Positions 1-9,687 of a DNA stretch of 63,122 bases are shown here, piece by piece. The first letter of the stretch is position 1; each line of letters opens with the position of its first letter. The translations under genes and the position numbers were made by a program. Origin of the DNA: an uncultured Actinomycetes bacterium (GTDB lineage: Bacteria > Actinomycetota > Acidimicrobiia > Acidimicrobiales > Microtrichaceae); contig CAIPVR010000306.1 of NCBI GenBank assembly GCA_903868545.1, positions 1 to 63,122 on the forward strand, read 5' to 3'. The notes under the pieces are model-generated. The model made no database searches. It had not been told where the DNA came from and saw only the letters and a program-made list of their open reading frames with translations.

Positions 1-533
1 ACTCGTGTTTCGCGTCGTCGGTGACCTTCTCGCTCGACGCCCTCGGCCTCGCCCCGGACGACACCCGGGCCCCGTTCACCGTGACCGGCGGCCTTCCCTA
101 CGCCGGTGGGCCCGGGTCCGGCTACGGCCTGGCGTCCACGGCGGCGATGGCCGACGTGCTGGTGGCGGACCCGGGCTCGCTGGGGCTGGTCACCGGGGTC
201 GGCATGCACCTGTCGAAGCACGCCGCGGTGGTGCTGTCGACCGCGCCGGGTCCGCACCGCGAGCGGCCCGTACCCACCCCGTCGGTGCGGCGGCCGGTGC
301 TCGACACGGTGGACGGGCCGGCTGTCGTGGCGGGCTACACCGTGCACCACGACCGCGACGGGTCGGCCACCGATGCGCTCCTGGTCTGCGACGTGGGCGG
401 GGACGGAACCGGCGGCGGGCGCTGCTACGCACGCGCCGACGAACCGGGCCTGCTGGCGTCGCTCGAGACCGAGGAGTGGGTGGGCCGGCGGGTCACCCTC
501 GTGCCGGAGGACGGGGTGAACCTCGTCCGTTGA
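1..533 (+). CDS. thiolase-like protein, C-terminal fragment (5' end outside window)
   Basis: The frame of ORF 21..533 stays open back to the window edge. Composition is realistic. TVTGGLPYAGGPGSGYG resembles the thiolase-fold C-terminal loop and is followed by an extra ~90-aa tail. Confidence 0.5.
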   Translation, partial: SCFASSVTFSLDALGLAPDDTRAPFTVTGGLPYAGGPGSGYGLASTAAMADVLVADPGSLGLVTGVGMHLSKHAAVVLSTAPGPHRERPVPTPSVRRPVLDTVDGPAVVAGYTVHHDRDGSATDALLVCDVGGDGTGGGRCYARADEPGLLASLETEEWVGRRVTLVPEDGVNLVR

Positions 534-546
534 GCCGGGCCGGGAA

Positions 547-1617
547 TCACCCGGGCCGGGGTAGCCAGGTGGCGTCGTCGGCGCCGACGGCGGGTGCGCC
601 GTGGGGAGGGCGGCCGGGCCGATCCTCGAACCGCCCCAGCGGTCCGGACGCGATGTGTCCGTCGTCGGTGGTGACCACCGTGCCCCGCTCGCGGAAGTGG
701 GGGTGGGCCAGCATGCCGTCGCGGTCGAGCACCGGGGAGACCGGCACGTCGTGGGCCGCCAGTCGTTCGAGCGCCTCGGTCCCGGTGAGGCCCGCGAGCA
801 CGTCGCCGATCCGTTCGTTGAGTTCGCCGACGCGGCGGGTGCGCTCGGCGTGATCGAGGTGCTCGCAGTCCCCGAGGCCGAGCGCCCGGCACAGGCCCGC
901 CCAGAAGTGGTCCTCGTTCATGATGCCGAGGGCGATGCACCCGCCGTCCGCCGTGGTGAAGGTGCCGTAGCCGGGCAGTCCCCGCAGCGGCGCGTCCACC
1001 CCGACCATCTCCACCGGCCCGACCGGCCCCACCCAGGTGGCGAGCACGTCGGCCACGGACACGTCCACCCGCTCGCCCCGGCCGTGGCGCAGCGCGCCGA
1101 GGAACGCGGTGGTGATCGCGAAGGCGCCGGCCACGCCGCCGGCGAGGTCCGACACGGGGATCGTCGGGTGCACCGGTGGGCCTCCCCGGGGCCGCAGCGT
1201 GCCGGACTGGGCGAGGTAGTTCACGTCGTGGCCGGGTCGTCCGGCGAGGGGCCCGACGGCGCCAAACCCACTGATCGAGGCATAGACGATGCGGGGGTTC
1301 CGGGCCGACACGGCCCCGTGACCCATGCCCAACCGGTCGGCCACCCCCGGCCGGTACGACTCCACGAACACGTCCGCGTCCGCCGCCAGTTCGAGACACC
1401 GGGCGCGGTCCTCATCCTGCTTGAGGTCGAGCACGATGCTGCGCTTCCCGGCGCCGAGGATGTCGAACAGGTCGGGCATCGACCGCATCGGGTCGCCTCC
1501 CGGGGGCTCCACCTTGAGCACGTCGGCGCCCTGCTCGGCGAGCAGCTGTGTGGCGTAGGGCCCCGGCCGCCAGATGGTCAGGTCGAGGACGCGGACGCCC
1601 TCGAGATGGCCGGGCAT
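547..1617 (-). CDS. family III CoA-transferase (CaiB/BaiF type)
   Basis: The real part of ORF 547..2577 begins at MPGHLEGVRVLDLT (ATG 1617, frame-checked). It carries the GADVLKVEPPGGDP signature. The start overlaps the upstream stop by 1 nt (TGATG). Confidence 0.85.
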   Translation of the reverse strand: MPGHLEGVRVLDLTIWRPGPYATQLLAEQGADVLKVEPPGGDPMRSMPDLFDILGAGKRSIVLDLKQDEDRARCLELAADADVFVESYRPGVADRLGMGHGAVSARNPRIVYASISGFGAVGPLAGRPGHDVNYLAQSGTLRPRGGPPVHPTIPVSDLAGGVAGAFAITTAFLGALRHGRGERVDVSVADVLATWVGPVGPVEMVGVDAPLRGLPGYGTFTTADGGCIALGIMNEDHFWAGLCRALGLGDCEHLDHAERTRRVGELNERIGDVLAGLTGTEALERLAAHDVPVSPVLDRDGMLAHPHFRERGTVVTTDDGHIASGPLGRFEDRPGRPPHGAPAVGADDATWLPRPG

Positions 1618-2816
1618 CAGCCCGCCGACCGCTCCAGGATGTGGACGGCGCAGGCCGAGCCGAGCCCGATCACGTGGGTGAGCCCGACGCGGGCACCCTC
1701 GATCTGGCGGTCGCCGGCCTCGCCGCGCAGATGGGTGGCCACCTCGTAGATGTTGGCCACGCCGGTCGCCCCGATGGGGTGGCCCTTGGAGATGAGCCCA
1801 CCGCTCACGTTGACCGGGATCTCCCCGTCGCGCCACGGGCCGCGGCGGTCGATCCATTCGCCCGCTCCGCCCGGCTCGCACAGGCGGAGGTTGTCGTAGT
1901 GCACGAGCTCGGCGGTGGCGAAGCAGTCGTGCAGCTCCACGAGGTCGAGGTCGCGGGGGTCCACGCCGGCCTGCTCGTACGCCGCGTCGGCGGCGAGGCG
2001 GGTGAGGGTGTTCACGTCGGGGTGGGCGAGGCCGCTGGGGTCGTAGGGGTCGCTCGTCATCACCGACGCCGAGATCTTCACCGCCCGTCGGCGGACGTCC
2101 GGGTCGAGGGTGCGCAGCCGGGCGTCGGAGACCAGCACCACTGCGGCCGCGCCGTCGCCGGTGGGGCAGCACATCGGCAGGGTGTTCGGGTAGGCCAGCA
2201 TCTCGGCCTGCATGATCTCCTCGAGGCTGTACGGCCGCTGGTACTGCGCGAGGGGATTGAGGGTCGAGTGGGCGTGGTTCTTCTCGGCGACCCGGGCGAA
2301 CTGCTCGAAGCCCACGCCGTCGTGCCGCCGGGCGTAGTCGGTGCCGGTCTGGGCGAACACCCCGTACATCTGGCCGGTTCCGAGGACGCCCTCGGTCGGC
2401 AGCACGTGGCCGTCGCGGCCGTCGGGCTCGAACACGTTGCGGTCCTTCGGCCGGGTGGACCGGTAGGGGGGCGAGCCGGCCGTCATCTGCTCGACGCCGA
2501 GGGCCAGGCCCATGTCGGTCTCGCCGGCCCGGATCTCCATGAGCACCGACCGCACGGCGGTGGCGCCGGTCGCGCACGCGTTGTGCACGTTGTAGACGGG
2601 GATGCCCGTCTGGCCGATCTGCTTCTGCACCTGCTGGCCGAAGGTGTACGGCTCGAACTGGGTACCGACGGCGAGCACCCCCATGTCCTGGATCGTGGCC
2701 GACGCGTCGTCGAGCGCACCCAGGGCGGCGTCGGCCGCGAGGTCGAGCACGTCGCGGTCGAGGTGCCGGCGGATCGGCGTCATCGCCGCCCCGATGATCC
2801 AGACGTCGTCACTCAT
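1617..2816 (-). CDS. SCP-x/Ltp-type thiolase (catalytic cysteines present)
   Basis: ORF 1617..2816 has the NACATG nucleophile motif, LHDCF motif and GHPIGATG. It shares an ATGA overlap with the upstream DUF35 gene. Confidence 0.85.
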   Translation of the reverse strand: MSDDVWIIGAAMTPIRRHLDRDVLDLAADAALGALDDASATIQDMGVLAVGTQFEPYTFGQQVQKQIGQTGIPVYNVHNACATGATAVRSVLMEIRAGETDMGLALGVEQMTAGSPPYRSTRPKDRNVFEPDGRDGHVLPTEGVLGTGQMYGVFAQTGTDYARRHDGVGFEQFARVAEKNHAHSTLNPLAQYQRPYSLEEIMQAEMLAYPNTLPMCCPTGDGAAAVVLVSDARLRTLDPDVRRRAVKISASVMTSDPYDPSGLAHPDVNTLTRLAADAAYEQAGVDPRDLDLVELHDCFATAELVHYDNLRLCEPGGAGEWIDRRGPWRDGEIPVNVSGGLISKGHPIGATGVANIYEVATHLRGEAGDRQIEGARVGLTHVIGLGSACAVHILERSAG

Positions 2817-3274
2817 CGGTCGTCTCCCTCGTTCCCGTGCTGGTCGTCCCGGGTCCGGTCGTCGCCGGACGCGTAGGCGAAGCCGAAGGCGACCGCCTCC
2901 GTCCCGTCGTCGTCGGTGCCCGCCGGGTAGGTCACCAGGTGCACCGGCTCGTCGGTGTCCACCGCCGAGGCCTCGGGCGGGACCCCGACGAGGTTGGCCT
3001 TCACGTACGTGCCGTCGTCGAGCCGCACCAGGACCGACACGAACGGGCCGATGTGCTTCGGTGCGCCGCGGTGCAGGACGGTGAACGACTCGATCCGGCC
3101 GGTGGTGGGCAGGGGGGTGGAGGTGAAGGCCCGCCCGCCGCAGGCGGGGCAGGCGTTGTGGCGGTCGAGGTGGGTGGCTCCGCAGGCGTCGCAGCGGTGG
3201 CCCACCAGGTGGGGGTCGCCGTCGCCGAGCGCGAGGTAGTCGACCACCGGGACGCGGGTGACGGACGAACTCAT
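2813..3274 (-). CDS. DUF35 OB-fold / zinc-ribbon protein (thiolase partner)
   Basis: A four-Cys ribbon (CDACGATHLDRHNACPACGG) is followed by an OB-fold-like region. A -10-like TACACT lies 6 nt upstream of the ATG. Confidence 0.85.
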   Translation of the reverse strand: MSSSVTRVPVVDYLALGDGDPHLVGHRCDACGATHLDRHNACPACGGRAFTSTPLPTTGRIESFTVLHRGAPKHIGPFVSVLVRLDDGTYVKANLVGVPPEASAVDTDEPVHLVTYPAGTDDDGTEAVAFGFAYASGDDRTRDDQHGNEGDDR

Positions 3275-3295
3275 CGGGCGAGTGTAGGCAGGAAC

Positions 3296-3311
3296 ATGAC
3301 GTGGCTGTCAG
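3296..3311. promoter_or_regulatory. operator-like palindrome, site 1
   Basis: ATGACGTGGCTGTCAG (reverse complement CTGACAGCCACGTCAT). It lies upstream of the DUF35-thiolase-CoA-transferase operon, 9 nt from its TACACT box. Confidence 0.55.
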
Positions 3312-3353
3312 GTCGACGGTGGCGCCGCCCGGGCCGGGGCCGGCTCGGGCCGT

Positions 3354-3854
3354 TCAGGACCGGTGGAGCAGGTTCATGGTCGAGGTGACCACGGGGTCGC
3401 CGGCGTCGTCGGTGTAGGTCGTCTCGATGACCATGAAGGTCATGGTGCGGTCGCCCGACTGCTTCGTGTAGATGTCCTTCACCACGCCGCGCTGGTGGAG
3501 CTTGTCGCCCACCACGACGTCACGGTGGAAGGTGAACTCCTGCTCGCCGTGCAGGATGAGTCCACCCGTCGCGAGCAGTGTGCCCATCACCTCTGCCATG
3601 GGGTTGGAGCCGCCGGTCGGGTCCGGGGGCTGCTCCTCCTCCCACTGGCCCCAGTTCTGGGCGGCCGAGAAGAAGTAGGTGGGCGGGGCGGGGAGGTCAC
3701 GGAAGCCGGCGGCGACGGCTGCGTCCCGGTTGCGGTACAGCGGGCTGTCGTCGAGCACGGACGCGGCGAACGCGGTGACGGTGGCCCGCTCCACGGTCAC
3801 CACCCCCTCACTGGTCGGCCGGCCGATCCGGGAGTTGAGGTCGAGTTCGGTCAT
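3354..3854 (-). CDS. MaoC-like hotdog hydratase subunit (N-terminal-type)
   Basis: Only the last 166 aa of ORF 3354..5129 look real, starting at MTELDLNSRIG (ATG 3854, aa count checked). The rest of that ORF is Arg/Pro artefact antisense to the ACAD gene. Confidence 0.8.
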   Translation of the reverse strand: MTELDLNSRIGRPTSEGVVTVERATVTAFAASVLDDSPLYRNRDAAVAAGFRDLPAPPTYFFSAAQNWGQWEEEQPPDPTGGSNPMAEVMGTLLATGGLILHGEQEFTFHRDVVVGDKLHQRGVVKDIYTKQSGDRTMTFMVIETTYTDDAGDPVVTSTMNLLHRS

Positions 3855-3928
3855 GGGTGGTGGTCCCCCTGTGGCGCTGCGGCCGAGGTGGCGGTGGGTG
3901 GTGAACCCGGCCCCGGGGCGGCCGGTAT

Positions 3929-3944
3929 CTGACATCCGTGTCAT
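3929..3944. promoter_or_regulatory. operator-like palindrome, site 2
   Basis: CTGACATCCGTGTCAT lies in the divergent MaoC/ACAD spacer, 2 nt before TACGCT. Confidence 0.6.
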
Positions 3945-3959
3945 GTTACGCTGCCGGCC

Positions 3960-5111
3960 ATGGGCGTGACATCCGATGCGATCGCAGCGGCCGGGGAGTA
4001 CCGCCTCGAGCTGCGCAACTGGCTCGGGGAACACCTCACCGATCGGTACCGCGGGCTGGCGTTCGACGGGGCACCCACCCAGGACTGGCTCACCCGGATG
4101 CGGGAGTGGAACCTCCTGCTCGCCGAGGCGGGCTACGCGGCACCGGCGTGGCCCCGCCGGTGGGGTGGCCGGGAGGCCGGCGTGCTCGAGCAGCTGGCGC
4201 ACGCCGAGGAGATGGCCGCGGCCGACGCTCCGGGACCGATCAACGTGCTCGGGATCCCGAACATCGCGCCGGCGATCATGACCTTCGGCACCACCGAGCA
4301 GCAGGAGCGCCTCCTCGGCCCACTCCTGCGGGGCGAGGAGATCTGGTGCCAGGGCTTCTCCGAGCCGGAGGCCGGCTCGGACCTGGCCTCGTTGCGGTGC
4401 TCGGCCAAGGAGGACGACGACCTCTACATCGTGAGCGGGCAGAAGGTCTGGACCACGCTGGCCTCGGAGGCCGACTGGTGCGAGCTCATCGTGCGCACCG
4501 ACCCCGACCCGGCGAAGAAGCACGGTGGGATCTCCGCACTCCTGGTGGACATGCGGCTCCCCGGCATCGAGGTGCGCCCGCTGCGCAACATGACCGGCTC
4601 CGCGGAGTTCTGCGAGGTCTTCTTCGACGACGTGCGGGTGCCCGTGTCGGCCCGCCTCGGGGCGGAGAACGAGGGATGGCGGGTGGCCACCGCCACCCTG
4701 GCCAGCGAGCGCGGCGGCGTGGCCTCGCTGCACCTGTCGGTCCGCAAGCGCATCGCGGCCCTGCTCGACGACGCCCGGGCCGCGGGCCGCACGCAGGACC
4801 CGCTCGTCCGTGAGCGCCTCGCGGGGCTCTGGGCACAGGGGGAGCTGCTGCGGCTGCTCGCGGACCGGGCCATCACCCGCGCCGCGGCGGGCGACCCGCC
4901 CGGGCCCGAGTCGAGCATCATCAAGATCGCATGGGCCAACACCGCCCAGCTGGTGCCCGAGGTGGCCCTCGAGGTGCTGGGGATCGGGGCGCTCGACGGT
5001 CAGTGGGGCGACGCGCTCACCGCGGCCCGGGCCGTGTCGATCGCGGGTGGCACCACGGAGGTCAACCGCAACATCGTGGCCGAGCGGGTACTCGGCCTGC
5101 CCCGGCGCTGA
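3960..5111 (+). CDS. acyl-CoA dehydrogenase
   Basis: Motifs CQGFSEPEAGSDLASL, GQKVWTT and IAGGTTEVNRNIVAERVLGLPR are present. TACGCT lies 7 nt upstream of the ATG, suggesting a leaderless start. Confidence 0.9.
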   Translation: MGVTSDAIAAAGEYRLELRNWLGEHLTDRYRGLAFDGAPTQDWLTRMREWNLLLAEAGYAAPAWPRRWGGREAGVLEQLAHAEEMAAADAPGPINVLGIPNIAPAIMTFGTTEQQERLLGPLLRGEEIWCQGFSEPEAGSDLASLRCSAKEDDDLYIVSGQKVWTTLASEADWCELIVRTDPDPAKKHGGISALLVDMRLPGIEVRPLRNMTGSAEFCEVFFDDVRVPVSARLGAENEGWRVATATLASERGGVASLHLSVRKRIAALLDDARAAGRTQDPLVRERLAGLWAQGELLRLLADRAITRAAAGDPPGPESSIIKIAWANTAQLVPEVALEVLGIGALDGQWGDALTAARAVSIAGGTTEVNRNIVAERVLGLPRR

Positions 5112-5136
5112 TCGCGCCGGGCCCCGCACTGCGCCG

Positions 5137-5568
5137 TCAGCTCGCGACCCCGACCGCGGAACCGGCCACCTTCACCTCGCCGTCGCCGTTGACCACCTCG
5201 CAGGCGAGGTCGACCAGCTTCTCGCCGTCCTCGACGCGCTTGCCGGTCACGGTGACCTTGGTGGTGAGCACCTCGCCGGGCCAGGTCTGCCGGGTGAAGC
5301 GCACCCGGTACGAACGCAGGTTCCCGATGCCGACGTAGTCGGTCACGGCGGTGGCCAGCAGACCGGCGGTGAACATCCCGTGCCCGAACACGCCGGGGAG
5401 GCCGGCCTCCCTGGCGGCCACGTCGTCGGTGTGCATCGGGTTGAAGTCGCCGGAGGCCCCCGAGTACCGCACCAGGTCGGTGCGGGTGAGCGTGTGGCTC
5501 CGCGGCTCCGCCGCGTCACCCTCGGCGACGTCGTCGAAGTTCAGTGCGTCCTCGGCCATGACCGGCAT
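5137..5568 (-). CDS. MaoC-domain (R)-specific enoyl-CoA hydratase subunit
   Basis: Carries the SGDFNPMHTD hydratase motif. The real part of ORF 5137..5730 starts at MPVMAEDAL (ATG 5568). ATG 5559 is equally possible. Confidence 0.8.
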   Translation of the reverse strand: MPVMAEDALNFDDVAEGDAAEPRSHTLTRTDLVRYSGASGDFNPMHTDDVAAREAGLPGVFGHGMFTAGLLATAVTDYVGIGNLRSYRVRFTRQTWPGEVLTTKVTVTGKRVEDGEKLVDLACEVVNGDGEVKVAGSAVGVAS

Positions 5569-5602
5569 TCCCCCTGCCTCGATCGTGTGCCCGGGATCGT
5601 AC

Positions 5603-5618
5603 CTGACACGCGTGTCAG
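5603..5618. promoter_or_regulatory. operator-like palindrome, site 3 (perfect)
   Basis: CTGACACGCGTGTCAG lies upstream of the MaoC gene. TACGAT follows 1 nt later on the minus strand. Confidence 0.6.
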
Positions 5619-5699
5619 ATCGCAGCCCATCGGCGTCGGTGGCTGGGCGGTGGGTCGGCGCCGGGTCGCCGGTGCCGGCCGGCCGGTGAGGGGGAGGGC

Positions 5700-7076
5700 T
5701 CAGCGGGACCCGGCGAAGCGCGGGAGCCACGCCGAGGTGGCCTCGAGCATCTCGTCAGCCATGCGGACGAGGGTGTCGTGGTCCGAGCGCCCCGCCAGCG
5801 GGTCGAGGAACAGCGCGTCGAGCACCAGTGCCCGGTCGCCGCTGATCGCCGCCTCCACCACGAGTTCCTGCTCGGCGCTGATCCGCCGGACCTGCTCGGC
5901 CAGCACGGTGGGCAGCGCCGCCACGTCGCGTCCGCGCACGCCGTCGGCGTCGACGGTCACCATGCTCTCCACCACCACCTCCCCGGGGAGGTCGGGCACC
6001 TGGCCGTGGTTGGCGATGTTGAGCGGGAGATCCCGCGGGTGGTCGCGCAGGCGGCTGTCGATCAACTCGGCCACGAGTTCGCCGCTGGGGTCGGCGGGGA
6101 GGTCCTCGGCGGCGGCCAGCCGCTCGAACTCCGCGGTGAAGGCGGCGAGCCAGTCGCGGCGGTCGTCGATGGTGGTGAGGTGGACGTTCCAGCGCTCGCC
6201 CCAGCCCGACTCCTCGGTGAGGAAGCCGGGGAAGAACTCCACGAGGTGGCGGTCACCGGCTGCGGGGAGCACCCCGAAACGGGCGAAGAGTTCGAGCTTC
6301 ACCTTGTTCGACTCGAGCAGTGAGCCGAGGGTGAAGGCGCCGCCCAGGCTCACGGCCTCGTGGCCGGTGATGCCGGGGATCACCAGCGGCTGGGCCAGCG
6401 CGTCCTCGTCGGCGAGCAGCTCCCGGAGCCGGGCGAGCCCGTCCTCGCCGTCGAGGTCGAGCTCGGTGATGAACGGCAGGTGGTTGACCCCCGCCACCGT
6501 CGGGCGCAGGTCGCCGCGGTCGCAGCCGAACAGCATCGCGAGTGCGTGCAGGGTGATGGTCACCTCGTGGCACATGCCGATGGCCTGCACCGGCGTCTCC
6601 CGCAGCACCGCCCGGGTGAGTGTGGTCATCGGGTTCGTCAGGTTGAGCATCCACGCGTCGGGGCAGAGCTCCTCCATGTCGCGCGCGATGTCGAGCATCA
6701 CCGGGATGTTGCGCAGCCCCCGCAGGATCCCGCCCGGTCCCACGGTGTCGCCCACGGACTGGCGGATGCCGTGGCGTTCGGGGACCGAGAGGTCGTGGTG
6801 CATGGAGTCGAGCGCGCCGGTGGAGATGCACACGACCACGTGGTCGGCACCGTCGAGCGCCGCCCGCTGGTCGGTCGTGCCCACGGCGGTGAGGCCGATG
6901 CCGCGCACCTCCGCCACGTGGTGCACGAAGTCGACCATCCGCGGGATCGGGTGGGGGTCGATGTCCTCGATGACGATCTCGGCGTCGGCCAGGGACGGCG
7001 TCCCGGCGATGTCGAGCAGCAGCTTGGGGATCCACTGGTAGGACCCGCCGCCGATGAACACGATCCGGGGGGACAT
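5700..7076 (-). CDS. glycoside hydrolase family 4 (NAD/Mn-dependent glycosidase; alpha-glucuronidase/alpha-galacturonidase-like by context)
   Basis: N-terminal IVFIGGGS NAD-binding fold and the GMCHE metal/catalytic motif are present. The length (458 aa) is typical of GH4. Confidence 0.85.
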   Translation of the reverse strand: MSPRIVFIGGGSYQWIPKLLLDIAGTPSLADAEIVIEDIDPHPIPRMVDFVHHVAEVRGIGLTAVGTTDQRAALDGADHVVVCISTGALDSMHHDLSVPERHGIRQSVGDTVGPGGILRGLRNIPVMLDIARDMEELCPDAWMLNLTNPMTTLTRAVLRETPVQAIGMCHEVTITLHALAMLFGCDRGDLRPTVAGVNHLPFITELDLDGEDGLARLRELLADEDALAQPLVIPGITGHEAVSLGGAFTLGSLLESNKVKLELFARFGVLPAAGDRHLVEFFPGFLTEESGWGERWNVHLTTIDDRRDWLAAFTAEFERLAAAEDLPADPSGELVAELIDSRLRDHPRDLPLNIANHGQVPDLPGEVVVESMVTVDADGVRGRDVAALPTVLAEQVRRISAEQELVVEAAISGDRALVLDALFLDPLAGRSDHDTLVRMADEMLEATSAWLPRFAGSR

Positions 7077-7090
7077 GACACGGATGTTAG
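7075..7090. promoter_or_regulatory. operator-like palindrome, site 4 (spans GH4 start codon and hydrolase stop codon)
   Basis: ATGACACGGATGTTAG (reverse complement CTAACATCCGTGTCAT). It is identical to site 2 except for one base. Confidence 0.55.
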
Positions 7091-8160
7091 TTCCGGCCGA
7101 GGTGGGCCGTCAGGAACGCCCCCACCCGTTCGCCGTGCCAGCGGTGGTCGCCGTCGAACACGTCGTGCACCACCAGGTCCGGCGGCGCGCCGAGCGCCCG
7201 GTACGCGTCGCGGAGCCGGGCCACGGTGGCGCGGGCGGCCGATACCGGGAAGAGGATGTCCTCGGTGCCCGACTCCACGAGCAGCGGCCGCGGCGCCACG
7301 AGCGACGCCACGTCCAGGTGCTCCAGGTGGCCGAGCTGGCCGGGCAGGACCTGCGAGCCGCACATGTTCCACGGAACCCGGTGCGCGGCCCGCCAGCTCG
7401 ACAGGTAGCCCGAGACGACCGCGGCGCGCACCCGGGTGTCGGTGGCGGCCAGGAACAACGACATCGTCGCCCCGTAGGACAGGCCGGCGACGGCGATCCG
7501 GTCGGGGTCCACCAGCGGGTGGCCGGCCAGCACGTCGACGCTGCGCTGGAGGTCCCAGAGGTTCTGGGCCAGGGGGACCCGGCCGGCCATCGTGGCGGCC
7601 ACCAGGTTCCAGTCGCAGTCGTACTTGGGGTGCGTCGGATCCCACTGTGGATCCTGGCGCTCGCCGAAGCAGCGCAGGTCGGGTGCGAGCACCACGTGCC
7701 CCAGGCGCACCAGGTCGAGGGCGTAGTGCTCGTGCGGTGGCCCGGTGAGGCCACAGATCATCTCCTTGCCGGGCCCGTGGCCGTGCACGGCCAGCACCGC
7801 CGTCCCCGGCGGGCCGGCCACCCGCCCGGTGGGTACCAGCAGGTACGCCGGGACCGACATCGTGGGGTCGACGTCGAAGACGATCCGGTGGCGCACGTGG
7901 TCGTCGGCCTCGACGGTGTGGGTCACCTCCGTGTCGGGCGGCACCCGGGCCGGTGGCTCGCCGAGGAGGTCGTGGACGCGGGCGCGGACCCGCTCGCGCC
8001 ACGGTCCGACCGCCGCCGGGTGGTCGGGGCACGGGTCGTCGTCGACCACGTCGTCGAGTTGAAGGACCCACGACGCCCACGGCGACAGGTTGCGGTGGCG
8101 CCGGCCCGGGTGAGCGGACGGCGGGGGCCAGGCGGCGGGATCCGCCGCCGGCGCGGTCAC
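7087..8160 (-). CDS. alpha/beta hydrolase (acetyl-xylan-esterase / dienelactone-hydrolase-like)
   Basis: Nucleophile elbow GLSYG and HGHGPGKE are present. The proposed GTG start at 8160 forms a GTGA overlap with the uxaA stop and is frame-checked. The upstream part of ORF 7087..9351 is artefact. Confidence 0.7.
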   Translation of the reverse strand: MTAPAADPAAWPPPSAHPGRRHRNLSPWASWVLQLDDVVDDDPCPDHPAAVGPWRERVRARVHDLLGEPPARVPPDTEVTHTVEADDHVRHRIVFDVDPTMSVPAYLLVPTGRVAGPPGTAVLAVHGHGPGKEMICGLTGPPHEHYALDLVRLGHVVLAPDLRCFGERQDPQWDPTHPKYDCDWNLVAATMAGRVPLAQNLWDLQRSVDVLAGHPLVDPDRIAVAGLSYGATMSLFLAATDTRVRAAVVSGYLSSWRAAHRVPWNMCGSQVLPGQLGHLEHLDVASLVAPRPLLVESGTEDILFPVSAARATVARLRDAYRALGAPPDLVVHDVFDGDHRWHGERVGAFLTAHLGRN

Positions 8161-9668
8161 AGCGTGATCCCCTCGGTCCACGGCACGAACTCGTCGAGGC
8201 CGTAGCCGAGGAGCTCCGAGCTCGTGGGCCGCCCCGAGGCCGTGTCCACCACGGCCCGGAGGATCCGTTCGCCCACCTCGGCGGTGGTCTCCGTGCCGCT
8301 GAGCACCGTCCCGCAGTCCACGTCGATGTCGTCGGGCAGGCGGCGGGCGAGGTCGGTGGTGGTGGAGAGCTTCAGCGCCGGTGCCGGCACGGAACCGAAG
8401 CACGAACCCCGCCCGGTGGTGAAGCACACCACCTGGGCGCCCGCCGCGATCTGGCCGGTGGCCGACACGGGGTCGTAGCCGGGGGAGTCCATGACCACGA
8501 GGCCACGGGCGGTGGGTCGCTCGGCGTAGGGCACCACCTCCACCACCGGGCCGGTGCCGCCCTTGGCGGCCGCGCCGATCGACTTCTCGACGATCGTGGT
8601 GATCCCGCCGGCGAGGTTGCCGGGAGACGGGTTGGCGTCGAGCGTGGTGCCGTGGGCGGCCGCATGGGCCGTCCACCAGTCCGCCCGTTCCCGCAGCGCC
8701 CGCGCCACCCGCTCGTCGGCCGCCCGGGTCGCGAGCTCCTCGACGGCGCCGATCAGCTCGGGCGTCTCCGAGAGCAGGACGGTCCCGCCCGCCGCCACCA
8801 GCAGGTCGGCGGCCGCGCCCAGGGCGGGGTTGGCGCTGATGGCGGAGAAGCCGTCGGAGCCACCGCACTGGAGCCCGACGACGAGCCCGGACAGCGGCAC
8901 GGGGGAGCGCCGGTCGGCGGCGGCCACCTCGGCCAGTTCCGCGAGCGACCGGACGCCGTCGTCGACGGCGGCCCGGGTGCCGCCCGCGTCCTGGATCCCG
9001 AGCGTCCGCAACCGCTCGGCGGGGAGGCCGTCCACGAGTTCGTCGAGCTGGTTCACCTCGCACCCGAGGCCCACCACGAGCACACCCCCGGTGTTGGGGT
9101 GGGTGGCGTAGCCGCGCAGGGTGGTCCGGAGCCGGCGGAGGTCGGCGCCGTCGCCGGCCATGCCGCACCCGCCGGTGTGGGTGAGGGCCCAGACGCCGTC
9201 GAGCCCCTCGGGCAGCCGGGGCCGGAACGCGTCGGCGACGGCACGCGCCACGGTGGCCGAACAGTTGACCGAGCACAGCACGAGCAGGTGGTTCCGGGTG
9301 CCGACCCGTCCGTCGGGCCGGTGGAAGCCGTCGAAGGTGGCGCCGGCCCACGTGCTCGCCGCGGTGGTGCCGGTGCGGCGGGGGCCGGCGGTGTGGGCCA
9401 CCGGCCCCGTGGCCCGCAGGTTGTGGGTGTGGACGTGGTCGCCGGGGGCGATGTCGCGGGTCGCGGTGCCGATGACGTGGCCGCTCTTGCGGACCGGGTC
9501 GCCCTCGGTGACCGCCCGCACGGCGACCTTGTGGCCCGCGGGGACCGGCTCGAGGACCCTCGTCCCGTCGGGGAGCCCGCGACCCGGATCGAGCGCCGTC
9601 ATGGCGACGACGACGTCGTCGTCGGGGTGCAGCCGGACGGCGGGTGCGTCGGCGGCGGGACCGTCCAC
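8157..9668 (-). CDS. uxaA: altronate dehydratase (UxaA family)
   Basis: 503 aa with an N-terminal SAF-like region (VAVRAVTEGDPVRKSG), LVVGLGCEVNQ and VGLQCGGSDGFSAISANPALG. GTG start. Confidence 0.85.
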   Translation of the reverse strand: MDGPAADAPAVRLHPDDDVVVAMTALDPGRGLPDGTRVLEPVPAGHKVAVRAVTEGDPVRKSGHVIGTATRDIAPGDHVHTHNLRATGPVAHTAGPRRTGTTAASTWAGATFDGFHRPDGRVGTRNHLLVLCSVNCSATVARAVADAFRPRLPEGLDGVWALTHTGGCGMAGDGADLRRLRTTLRGYATHPNTGGVLVVGLGCEVNQLDELVDGLPAERLRTLGIQDAGGTRAAVDDGVRSLAELAEVAAADRRSPVPLSGLVVGLQCGGSDGFSAISANPALGAAADLLVAAGGTVLLSETPELIGAVEELATRAADERVARALRERADWWTAHAAAHGTTLDANPSPGNLAGGITTIVEKSIGAAAKGGTGPVVEVVPYAERPTARGLVVMDSPGYDPVSATGQIAAGAQVVCFTTGRGSCFGSVPAPALKLSTTTDLARRLPDDIDVDCGTVLSGTETTAEVGERILRAVVDTASGRPTSSELLGYGLDEFVPWTEGITL

Positions 9669-9687
9669 GGCCGAACCGTACTAGTTT

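Noticed and set aside
533-547. CCGGGCCGGG direct repeats between the first two convergent genes as a terminator.
   Set aside because: The repeats are direct rather than inverted, so I could find no stable stem. Other short spacers (5111-5137, 34279-34319, 52267-52287, 58468-58499) show only 4-5 bp stems.
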